Below are positions 13,301-26,071 of a DNA stretch of 64,000 bases, piece after piece. Origin of the DNA: Camelus ferus (Eukaryota); the NCBI RefSeq assembly GCF_009834535.1, contig NC_045697.1, positions 18,974,001 to 19,038,000 of the forward strand, in the 5' to 3' direction. The position numbers and the translations under genes were made by a program. The stretch's first letter is position 1. Each line of letters starts with the position of its first letter. The notes under the pieces were generated by a model that was not told the origin of the DNA, did not search any database, and was given only the letters and a program-made list of their open reading frames with translations.

Positions 13301-16300
13301 CTCTTGAAGGAAAATCTGGGCCTGTGTTACAAGGATACACAGGTACTCTTCTGAGTAACTCAGTTACCTAAATTTCATAGGCAACAGCACTGCATATTAT
13401 AGAAAGAATGTTTTGAGTAATAAGTCAACTTTTTAGTATTCTAATGTTTAGTTTTTATTTTGCATGAAATTTGTAAAAATACTTAGTGGTGTTGAAAGTT
13501 TTAAATTATGTCAGAGTTTTAAAATGTGTTCAAACAGAAGACAATCCTTGTTCCATGGCAGTAAATTGGGTAGTTTGATAATATCATTTTCAGGTTCTAC
13601 TACTTAATGACATCATGACAACCTACAAAAGTTAACTTATTGTCCGAAATGTGTAAGATATTTATAGGGAAGAATTTTTATATAGTAAAGGGAAGGCACG
13701 GGAATTGACTCTTCCTAGTGTGTGACAAATCCTCTGTCATGTGCTTGGCGTGTCTAGCATGTGCTTAGCGGCAGCACTGACATATTAGAGTGTGCCAGAC
13801 TTACAGACATTTAATGCCATTGAGTGGAGTTAAGAAAGGCCCAGGTGCAATCAGATAACCTTTAATCATGTATTCATGTCAAATTATTACTTTTTAAATT
13901 GAAGTATAGTTGATTTACAATGTTGTGTTAATTTCTGGTGTACAGCAAAATGATTATATATATATTTAGTTTTATATATATATATATATACACACACACA
14001 TGGATTTTCTTATTGAAGTACAGTCAATTACAGTATGTCAGTCTCTGGTGTACAGCATAATGTCCCAGTCATGCATATACATACATATATTCATTTTCAT
14101 ATTTTTTCTTTAAAGGTTATTACAAGATACTGAACATAGTTTCCTGTGCTATACAAAAGAAACTTTTTTCCATTTTTATATATGGTGGCTAACATTTGTA
14201 AATCTCAAACTCCCAAATGTATCCCCTCCCACCCCCTTTCCCCAGTAACCGTAAGATTGTTTACTAAGTCTGAAGTCTGTTTCTGTTTTATAGATGAGTT
14301 CATAGTGCCTTTTTTTTTTTTGAGTGATATCATATGGTATTTTTCTTTCTCTTTCTGGCTTACTTCACTTAGAATGACAATCTCTAGGTCCATCCATGTT
14401 GCTGCAAATGGCATTACTTTATTCTTTTTTATGGCAGAGTAGTATTCCGTTGTGTAAATATACCACAACGTTTTTATCCAGTCATTAGTCGATGGACATT
14501 TAGGTTGGTTCCATGTCTTGACTATTGTATATAGTGCTGCTATGAATATTGGGGTGCATGTATCTTTTCATATTAGAGTTCGCTCCTATGTATGTGTTCT
14601 TTTCCTATTCCTTTCCACCATGGTTTATGTGTAAATAGTACTGCTATGAATGTTGGAACGTGTGTATCTCTCTGAATTAGAGTTTTCTCCAGATATATCC
14701 CTAGTACTGGGATTGCTGGATCATATAGTAACTCCAATTTTAGTTTTTTTTAAGGAACCTCCATACACTTTTCCATAGCAGCTGTACCAATTTACATTCC
14801 CACCAACAATGTAAGAGGGTTCACTTTTCTCCACACTGTCTCCAGCATTTATTATCTGTAGACATTTTAATGATGGCCATGCTGACTGGTGTGAGGTGAT
14901 ACCTCATTGTAGTTTTGATTTGATTTCTCTAATAATTAGTGAAGTTGAACATATTTTCATTTGCCTCTTAGGCATCTGTATATCCTCTTTGCAGAAATAT
15001 CTATATAGGTCTGCCCATTTTTTTATTGGGTTGTTCTTTTTTTTTTTTTTTTTATTGAGTTGTATGAGCTGTATGTATATTTTGGAAATTAAACCTTTGT
15101 CAGTTGCATTGTCTGCAAGTATTTTCTCCCGTTCTGTAGGTTGTCTTTTCATTTTGTTTATGAAAGCTTATAAGTTTGATTAGGTCCCATTTGTTAATTT
15201 TTGTTTTTATTTCTATTGCTTTGGGAAACTGTTATGTCAAATTATTGAGTGTTCTGATATAGGCACTGTGTTAGGTGCTGCATAAGATGTTTATTAAGCT
15301 TACATTATAGTGAAAAATCAGGGAAAGGCAAATACATAGTTATAATCTGATAAATGCTCTCATAAAGGTTTATGCAGTGTTCCATGCAAATACAATTAAT
15401 GCGGAAATCAATTCTGGGAGTAGTCCAGCTTAGTTGTGGTTTCAGAATAGACATGTTACAAGAACTGTCTGTTCTTTTTCCTTTATTTTTAAAAATGTTT
15501 ATTTTTATTGAAGTATGGTTGACATGCAATATTATGTTAGTTTCAAGTGTACATCATAGTGATTCAACACGTATATGCATTATGAATTGATCACCATGAT
15601 AAGTCTAGTAACCATCTGTCACCACACAAAGTTATTCCAGTATTATTGCCTGTACTCCCTGTGCTGCACATTACATCCCCTGACTTACTTATTTCATAAC
15701 TGGAAGTTTGACCTCTTAACCCCCTTCACCTATTTTGTCCACTCCCTCCCCTCTGGCTACCAGCAATTTGTTTTCTGCTATGAGTCTATTTGTGTGTTTG
15801 TTTGTTTGCTTGTGGTTATTTTAATTTTTTTAAGATTCCACATATAAATGAATGGTTTTCACATGGTTTTTGTCTTTCTCTGAGATAATGTCTGGTTCTT
15901 AAAGGCAAGGAGTGAGGAGGAGAATGGGAAAAACAAAAATAAACGTGAGCCATGTGCACAGGGTGATTAGTGAGGCGAGACGAGCTTAACATGACAGCGA
16001 ACAAGCAGTTCAGGCTAGCGTTAATGAGCACCAGATACAGAGCAAGGGCTGTGAACAGAAAGGGAACAGATGTGAAAGGCTGTCAATACCATGACCTGTC
16101 CTGTCACTTCCTCTTGAATACGTGTTCTGCTCCCTGCCCTTCTCCCACTTTCTAATAGTAATGACCTGACAAAACCTTAACCCTGGCTCGGTACAGCCCT
16201 CCACCAGCTCTGTAGCTGCAGTGTGTGCTTGCAAGTGGCTGGAAAAAACATGCAACCACGATAACGAGTTTTACTTTAAATTCACGACCACTAACCTTAA

Positions 16301-19300
16301 GAGGATCCTTAGTTCTACTGCATTTCCCTAGTCCAGTCATTCGTCCATTCTCCTAGAAGACTTCTTGCACATCCTCTCTCTTCAGATCTCCACCTCTTCT
16401 CTCTCAGTTCATGACTTTGAGTCCTGTTTCTGAAAAAAATAAAAGCTCTGAGAACCAGCCCTACATATACTCCCACCACCACATATATTTGACCTACCTG
16501 CATCTTCACCCATATACTCAGCTTTCCCTTCTTATTATGGGTAAACTATCTGTGCTTTTATTTATCATAAAGCCAGTCCCTGCATTTGGACACGAAAGCT
16601 TATCTCCCTGGTACTCAAGGGCAGTGCAATTGTTAGTATTTTCATTGTCAATTTTCCCATCTCTTTTGGGTCACTCTTCTCCGTATACAAATACACTGTT
16701 ATTTCTCTCATCTGAAAAACAAAGCAAAATAAAGTGAAATAAAAGTCTTTCTTAATCCCACATCCCTTCCAGCTTCTACTCCATTCCTCTGTTCCTTTTT
16801 TAACAAAACTTCTTTTTTTTAAAGTCTGTAGATATTGTTGATATGTGCTATCCTCCTGTTCTCTCTTGAACCTTCCTTAAAAAATCAGCCTTTTTTTTTG
16901 CCCAGCTGTCCCACCTAAGATCACAAGTGACTTCATACTGCTGAAGCCAGTGGTCATTTCCCACTTCTCATCTCACTGTGTTTGATCACTCAGTCACACC
17001 CTCTCCTTGATTCTCTTTCTTCACTTGGCTTCTAGGATGTCATGCTTTCTGGTTTGCTTCATCTTACTAGCTGGCATTCTCCTTCACCTTTGCCAGGTTC
17101 TCTTCATCTCCCTGTCTTACCCTGGACCCCAAGGATAATTCCATGGACCTCTTTTTTCCCCCAGCGGCCATTGGTGATCTCATTTATTTTCATGGCTTTA
17201 AATACCATCTATACACTGATGACTGCCAGATTTATATCTCTTTCTGGACCTCTCCCTTCAACTCAAGGTATTTATCTGGTCTTGGGGAGCCGTTCTTCTG
17301 TCCAAAGTCTTATTTCTGCAGGCTCATCTCCTGACCACTTTTCGGTTCCTAACTAAAACACACAGCAAACTTCTCCCAAATGCATTATCCTTCTTGTCTG
17401 CTTGTTTTCTTCTGTAGCACTTAACACCACATAATATCCGAGATATTTTGGCTCTTTTCCCCTTCTCTCCTTTCACAAAAACATAAACAGTGTGAGGATA
17501 GGGATTTTTTTTTTAATTCATGTGTTTATTCTCAGTCCCTAGAGCAGTGCCTGCCACATAATAGGTTTTCAAGTAAATACTTGTCAGAAAGAGGGAGGGA
17601 GAGAGAGAGGAAGAAAGAAAGTAGGAAGGAGCTGTCATTATAGGTAGAATCAGGAAGATTTTGGTGACTGGCTGTATATGCAGGTTGAGGGAGAAAGAAG
17701 AGTCAAGAATGACTGAGTTTTCAGGCTTTGGATAGTTACAAGCATGGTGATGATGGGAATTAAGCTTAGAGACACAGGAAGGATGTATAAGGTCGGAAGG
17801 CAGGGGGACAGAGCAGGGAAAGATTTTCTAAAGTATATTTTTCTCCATAAGAATGTGAGGAGAAGATGAGACCCCATGCCCAAGCAAGAAACTAGACCAG
17901 AAAAAAGTTCTTTATTTTTCTCCCGGTATTCTCTAATGATTGCAAGTGAGATTATCAACACTATCTTCATCATTTATTTATGGAGTGTTTATTAGGTGCC
18001 AAGATCTGCTCTAGACACTTACATACTTTGTAACTAATTCTTACAGCACCCGGGTAAGGTAGCTTTTTTCCTGTTTTATAGCTGAAGATGCAGAAGCTCA
18101 GAGTCCAAACTCATAGCTACCACGACCCAGGCTAGGTCTTTTCAATTTCAAAGCCCTGTAAGCCACATTGCCCTTTGATATAGGAAAATTTAAATCAGGG
18201 CAGAGTGTTTCAAAAAGTCATTCTTGAAAATTTATCATTTGAAAATTCTCCAGATTAGTTTGGATAAAAATGCAAGCACCACAAATTTAAAAATTTAGTT
18301 CTAAGTTAAAGTGATTGTCCAATTGAGATCTATTGTGTCTTTTGTACTTTTTATTACATAAATAACATTTCTCAGAAACATTCATTATATATTTTCAAAA
18401 GACTAAAGAAATTCTAGGCCCCAGTGACTCTTTTGCATCTGTGTGTAGAAATGTTGGGGACAGTTCTGCTGTATAAACTGTAGTTCAGAGTTACACGTCC
18501 AGCTTCCACTTACAGCTTTTCTAAATAAAGTAAATCATTACCATATATAACCTAATCCTCATAAAGTTCAGTTTTTACTTAATTAGTGAGTAATCAAAGT
18601 TAAATTTTCTAGTTAATTTGATTGAACTTGTCATCTTTCTGTAATTACATTCTAGCAAATTTACAGTTGAATTATCACGTCATTATAGATACTAAATTGG
18701 AATCTCAGAAGTTAAAACAGCAGTGCAGGTTACGCTGGGGGTTGGCAGCTCATTGCTTGCATGCTAGGGTTGCACACCGGTAGGTAATGCGTAACATCCC
18801 ACCTCTGGCATTACCGCTACAGTCACTAACACTGTCCCAAGAGCAGCCTCAAGTATCTTGTCTTCTGTAGGACAATGGGGACTTGAGGGGTATATATTTA
18901 AACACAGAGCTTCTCCTGACGTTACTATGTTCCCACCAGCTTCTAAGGGAAAGTTAATATAAATATTTCTTTAGGAATCATTTTCCCTCTAGGCAACGGT
19001 AGAAAGATATTTGTAAGTATATTTTTCTCTTGCATTATTTTACTTGAAATGTATTAGTTTATTAGTTGTATCTGTTATTATATTAATTATATAAATTTAT
19101 TTGTTATATTAATGGTACTAGTTTATTGTTTCTACTGTAACAATTAACACAAATTTAGTGGCTAAAAACAAATGTATTCTCTTACAGTTCTGTTTGAAGA
19201 TTGGATGTCTTTTGAAATGGGTTTTAGTGGGCGAAAATCAAGCTGTTGTCAGGGCTGTGTTCCTTCTGGAGTAGAGTAAATTCCCTTCCTTTTCCAGCTT

Positions 19301-22300
19301 TCAGAGCACCTGCACTCCTTGGCTCATGGCCCCTTTCTCCGTCTTCAAAGCCAGCAGACAGCATCTTCAAGTCTCTCTCATTCTGATTCTGCTGCCTCTC
19401 TCTTTCATTTATAAGGATATTCATATATGTGTGAAGTGACACAATAAAGGCTATCATTTTGGCATTGTTAGAAATGGCATACAGTTGAAAATCGTTTAAA
19501 TATTCATTTATAGCAGACTAAGCCATTAAATAAATCATGGTATATATAGCCCTTAAAATGTAACCCTTAAAATGAAGCAACTCTTTATAAAGCAACAGCA
19601 TATTCATATATACTGGTATAAAAAGATCTCTAATTTCATTAAGTTTAAAAAAATCGGATACTGAACGTTGTATACAGTGTCTGCCCATTTGACCTGAAAA
19701 TACTGTTGTCATAGTCACCAGTAACAATCCAGTGGCCCATGCTCAATCCTCCTAACTGATCTCTCAGCAGCATTTGACCTAGGTGTACCCTTTCTGCACT
19801 GGGCTTTCAAGACACACACTCTTTTTGGTTCTTTTTTTACTTTACCAGTTAACAGAGGCAAATCCAACATTTGGGGTACCTAAGGCTTCTACAATTTTGA
19901 GAGCTCTCTTTAAGAACAAGAGTATAATATTATAAATCTTTAAGAAAATATAATATTATAAATACCAAATCGGGTAAGAACGTGTATAATTGATAGAATA
20001 ACAATTTATTAGAATCATAAGAGATTTAGGTCCCTTTCTGAGATGTTATTAGGCAGTTTACTAGAAATGCATACATAGAGACTCTCCTTACCTACATCTC
20101 CCCGCAGTTCCCAGCACTGAGAGGGACCCATGCTAGTGAAGGGTACTGAAGCGCCTTCATTAGCATCATGGGAAACCCCCTCTCTTGTTTACTCCTCAGT
20201 CTCTAAGATTGGTTACTTCTCTTCTCTCTTATATCTTAATGTTAGAGTGTCCCGGATCTCAGTTCTTGGTTTTCTTTCTCTGGTTAGACTCACTCATTTG
20301 AAGATTTCACCAAGCTCACCTATCTTGTGGATTTCATTATCATCTATATTGATAACTTCCAAATTCATATCTTCAGTCCAAACCTCCCTCCTGTACTCCG
20401 GACTAGTATCTCCAACTACCTATTCAACATCCCCATTTAGTTATTTTGCAGATATCTCAAATTTAGCAAGTTGAAAACTGAACCTCTGATCTTCCTCCCC
20501 AAATATTTACTCAACTTTTCCTGTCTCAGTAGATGGTGACTCCATCTTTCCACTCACTCAGATCATGCATCCTTCCAGTTGGCATCATCTTTGATTCCTT
20601 TCTCTCACACGCACCATCCAATCTGTTAGTAAATCCTTTTGGCCCGGTCTTTACATTGTATTTAAAATTTGACCACTTCCCTCCATTGTCATCATGCTGC
20701 AAGTTGGGTTCCGCGGCAAGGAGACTCAGGTGGAAATGAGCATGCCAAAGACTGATTAGGGAGCGCTGGTGGGCTCAACAGCTATAGCAGGCAGTGAGTG
20801 AAGCAGGACTGAGCAGGGGGAGAAGTCTAGCCGCGGTGGTTTAAGTGGAAGCCTCAGCTGCTGCTGCAGAGAGTTCTGATGAGGAGATAAATCCTCAGGT
20901 CTGTCCGGAGGCTGGGGTAAGAAGTGCAGACCTTTCTCCCGTGCATCTCATCAGTTGTCATTGGATGTAGGTCATTCCAGGGAAAGGGCATAATCCTTGA
21001 GGAAAATAGCTTTCTTCGGCAGAGGCCTTCCCTAAAAGGAGCTGCCTGCCGAGGGCAGCTGAGAGTTGTCTGCTGCAGCACCGCGAGCAGCTGCAAAAGG
21101 TCCTTTATTCCTGAAGAGGGATCTGGGTGACACAGCCCAGTGGCCAACACATACAGCTACCATCTGAGTCCCAGCCACTGTCACTAGTCTTCCACAGGGC
21201 CTCCCTGCTTCTGCCCTTGCCCCCCCCCCCAGCCAGTTCTCTTCACAGTGGCTAGAGTGATCCTGAGAAAATAAGTCAGATCATTTCACTCCTCTGCTGA
21301 AGCCCCTGCAGCAGATCTCCATTTCACTCCCAGTGAAAGCCAGTATCCTGACAATGGCCCACAATGCCCTGTATAATTTAACCTCTCTCACATTTCTCTT
21401 CCCACTCATCTGCTCCAGCCGCACCTGTTTCCATGCTGTTCCCCCGACACATCAGGCATACTCCTGCCCTAGCACCTTTGTGATCGTTGGCTCTTCCACC
21501 CAGAAGATATCCCCCAGATATGTATATGTTAACTTCCTCAAGTCCTTTCAAGTCTTTGATCAGATGTTACCATCTCAACGAAGCCTAATATGACCATTCT
21601 CTTTACAATGGCAATCATCCTTCCCCATTTCCCCTTTGCTTTGGTTCCATAGCACTCACCCTCTAATGTATTGTATAATGTAATTATTTATAATGCTTTC
21701 CGTTTATTACCCCTACCGTAATTAAGCTCCATAAGGTAGGGTTTTTTTTGTTTGTTTGTCTGTTTCCTTCATTGTATCCCAGGCACCAAACAGCTAGAAC
21801 AGAGCCTGATACATAGTAGAAACAGAAGGAAACAATTAGTGAACTGATTGAAAAATCTGAGGAGGTCATCCAGAATGGCGCACAGAGGGATGGAAGTAAC
21901 GAAGAGCTGTGGCAGGTTGAATAAGTGTCAGTCAATCTTAGGTCTCGCAGGGGTCAGGTAGAAGGGACTAGAGAATGTGAAAGAGGCCTCATCCACAAAG
22001 GTGATAGCTGAGATTTTCCCAGAAATGAAGATAAACAGAATTTCAAATTGAAGAAACATGATAGTCTTAAGTCATAGAAAAAAAAACCCCAAATTAAATA
22101 TATTTGGGGGGAAAACTATAGAATATAGAATAAAATTAAAGTCACAGTAGTAGTAGTAGTAATTACAGCTAACATTGTAATAATATTCATCATATACTAG
22201 GCACTGTTCTAACCTATTTGTGAATATTAATTAATCCCCACAATAGATTTTGATGTAGGTATTATTATTGTATATATATTACATGGAGGAAACTGAGATA

Positions 22301-25300
22301 CCAAGAAGTCCAGTAACTTGCCCAATGTTACACAGCCAGTAAGTGGTGGGGCTAGAGTTTGAACTCCAGCAGTCTAGTTTCAAAATAAATTCAGATAGGT
22401 TAATGATTTTACCACAAAATGAAACTATTAAAAATGCTAGACAGGATGCACTAGATTATATGGTGGCAAATCCAAAATCTCAGTGGCTTAAAACAACAAA
22501 GGTCTGTTTCTTGCTCATGGTCATGTCCATCCCAGATAGAATGGGGACCTAGCTCTGTGTCATCCTGACTCCGGAACCCAAGCTGATAGTGGAACCCCAT
22601 CTGGAACACTGACGGTTTCCATGCAAAGGGAAAGAGGGAACCATGTTAACTACTCTGGTTCTTGGAGCTTTCATTTGGAAACTTTCAAGCGATGCATATC
22701 TATTTCATTGAATAAAGAGCAAATCCTGTGACCACACCTAACACCAAATTGGCCAAAAAGGTAAGCTGACATATGTTCCCACAGAGGAAGAACCAGAAAC
22801 ATTTGATGAAAAACACCAATGACTTTCAGAATTTAGGTGAATATGTATAGAATATTATAAATGTGGGAAGGGACTTTCTAAGCATGAAAGTATTGGTAAT
22901 TTGATCACATAAATGTTAAAAACATCTATGTCAAAAATAATTAACAAGTTATTGAGCAAAGCCATTTATAACATATAATTAGACCAAAGGTTAGACTCCT
23001 GAATATATAAAAATTTAAACAAATCAATAATTTTAAAAACATCCATTTTAAAATGGACTAAGATGATGAACTGAAAAATAACAAAAAAATGCAAATGGAA
23101 GAGTAATCTTCATTAGTAATTAAAGCAAGATGCCCTTTTTTACCTAGATGGTAATAAACCGTTTTGATGAGAACAAGAGAAAATGTGCACTAACTGCCAT
23201 CTGTGTTAAAAACAAAAACAAAACCTTTCCAGGAGGCGATTTGGCAATAGTATCAAAAGTCTTAGATTTAAAATGCCCATCACTTTGACCAGACAGCTAG
23301 TCCAGTTTTAGAAATTTAAATAAAGGTATACATAAATATTTAGCTATAAGGGAGTTTACTCAACATTGTTTATAGCTGGGGAAAAGTGGAAATAATTAAA
23401 TGTTCAACAAAAGACATGGTAAGTGATTGTTCATGCACATAGCAGAATATTCTATAGCATTAAAAAATGTGGGAGAGAAAATATAGAACAGTATGCATAA
23501 TCCTATTTTGCTTGAAAAATTTATATGTGTATGTATAAGAACAGTCTGAAAGGGTATACATCAAAATATTAACACTGGAGGGATTGTGTGTGTTTTTTCT
23601 CCTTTTTTGAAGATCTGTATTTCTAATTTTTATCATAAACATGTATTGCTTGCATAGTCTTTTAAAATGTAAAAATAAATCAGTGGCAGTGGTTGGTACA
23701 CATTTCACCATTGGGACTGGCTGATACCCAATCTCGATATCTAGCCTTTCTCTAAAGCTGAGCCCCTTTCTTAAGTCTTGGACCCACGGTTCCTCTCTCC
23801 ATTCACACTGCTGCTAGTCCAGCCCAGACTTTGTGCCCCTGTTCTGTTAACTGGGCTTCTGCCTTTTTCTGTTACTGTCAAACTCTGTTCTCAGTAACAT
23901 CTTTTGAATCCCAGGCCTTCTAATACCAGGACCCAGATTTCCTTCACTAATCACCTTCCTGGGGATTGGCCCCCTGCTCCTAAATTCCAGGCTGGTGTCA
24001 ACAGTCCAGTGCCTCCTAATGGACACCTTTGATTTTGACTTTCTGCCCTACCTATTTTCATCTCCAGGTGGAGTTGTCGCATTCTACCTGCTGGTCAGGA
24101 CAACCAGCTTCCAACCTGTATTGGGCTGCCACTTGTTCTACTGCTGCTAATTCCTCTTAGATGCCATGAGTTGCCGTCCCTCCCACCCTGACGTGCCCAG
24201 CTGCCAGCTGCTGCATCTCAGCAGTGAGCCTAGTTCCGCTGTCCTCCACTCCCCCAGTTGCTCCATGCCACTATAGGCACCTCGGGTCTCCCCTCTACAT
24301 TTCTTGCCTTATTAAATTTCTCCCAGCTGGTTCTCTTTTCCAGCTTCAAAACACACTGAAAAAAATCAACTGGTAGTTAACAACTTGTATTTTGTGCTGT
24401 TGTTCGAGGTTTAGGTGACTAACAGTGAGGAACCTTTGGATGAGCTTTGGCCATCGCACTTGGTATCTACTGTTAACACGTACCACAGGTGTACCAACAG
24501 AGGGCGCTGTTCCCATTGAGAGGCACAGGACTTGAAAGATTCTACCTCGGTGCCTCCCAAGCAGAAGCAGCAATGAATTACCTGTTACAAGACAGTGCTT
24601 AACTGTTTGTTTTTTCCAATGTTGTACCCAGGTATTACTTTGCTTTTCTCGAGATACGTCTGTGTTGGGTCACTTTGCGTACAGCAGTGCTTCGCCACCG
24701 AAATCGTACATACGAGGTACAATTTTAGTAACGTAAAGGAAGTATTCTTTAACACTTACTTAATCATGCCAAGACTGTTTGCTTTATAGCAAATATCAGT
24801 ATTGTCAAGATTGTTGTTGTAAATTATGTAATAAGATTTCTCTCAGGTTATGGTAACCATCCTTTCACTCCCACTTAAGTCAGTGCCCAAGCAACTTATC
24901 ACAAATCACAGGAAAGTGGTTCCCAAAACAGCATGTAAAGTTACCTTCTTTATCCTTCCTGTTTGCTCTCTCCTCTGCTGCTGTTTTTGCCGTTTCTGTT
25001 GACTATTTCCCCTTCTGACTGTGAGGGTCACTTGAACTTGCTTTTTCTACTTTTTTTTTTGCCATCTTTATTCCTTATCTCAAAATGTTATACCACATGT
25101 AAAAGCTTGATACAATTTATATGCTATTGGCTCTCTAATTTCTATTTTAATGCTTCTACTCTTTATCACTAACTGCTACAAAATAATACTATTTCAGGAT
25201 CCTACAGTCACCTGACAGTTGAACTGACTTCACCTAGAAGCCTCTCCCTGATTTCTCCTTTTTATGAAATAGTGAACACCCAGCACTGCAAGCGTATAAG

Positions 25301-26039
25301 CGTATTGTGTATGGTTGTTCTGCTGTGCCCGTAAAGAAAGAAGCTGTTGTCCTGTACCTCCTAAGTCTGCTGTCTGCATGATCGCTGCAGCCCCTGCCCT
25401 AAGACAGGCCCGCATTGCCTGGTGCTGGGACCGGGCTCCCCACAGCCTGGGGGCTCTCCCAGTCCCGTTGCTTCTACATGGAACTGATAGAAACATTTGG
25501 CTTGCTTGTTTGTTTCTTTAACATCACCTGCTGAAACACTTACTGTAGAACTTAATTATCTAATGGAGTCACCTCTAAATTCAGCCAAGATTGTAAGGCT
25601 TTCTGTCAGTTGATCCTGTCTTAAACTAGCTAATTTTGATTCCCGGTTTATTCCATATTACAACAGATTCATTCTAATTTCCATATACTCACTATGTGTC
25701 AGGAGTCGCACTCCTCCACCCTCAAAATCATAGGTCCTTGAAGAACTAGCCTATATCTCACCGTATCAGAAAAACTCAGAGTATTTCCTTCTATACAGGG
25801 AAAAACCCAGTTCTCTCCTACTGTGTTTCTCTCCTGTGTGTTTCTTTTACCATTCACACAAAACACTTCACTTCTGACACCTGTGGTCACAACTCTGTAG
25901 AAGTTTTCCCCACAGCAACAGGCAAGTTTTGACACTAGCTGGGTACCCTACAATTTAACTGAATTCTGACACCTGAGTTAGTGTCAGGTCCCACAGGGTA
26001 AGGACTCAGTCTCACAAGACTGCCCTCTCTCTCTCTCAT

Positions 26040-26071
<32 letters not shown>

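Larger units (their letters stand above)
19720..21840 (+). mobile_element. L2 LINE remnant interrupted by two insertions
   Basis: L2 body motifs (atctccaactacctattcaacatcccca, aagtcagatcatttcactcctctgct) and 3' end ctagaacagagcctgatacatagtag. Confidence 0.8.
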
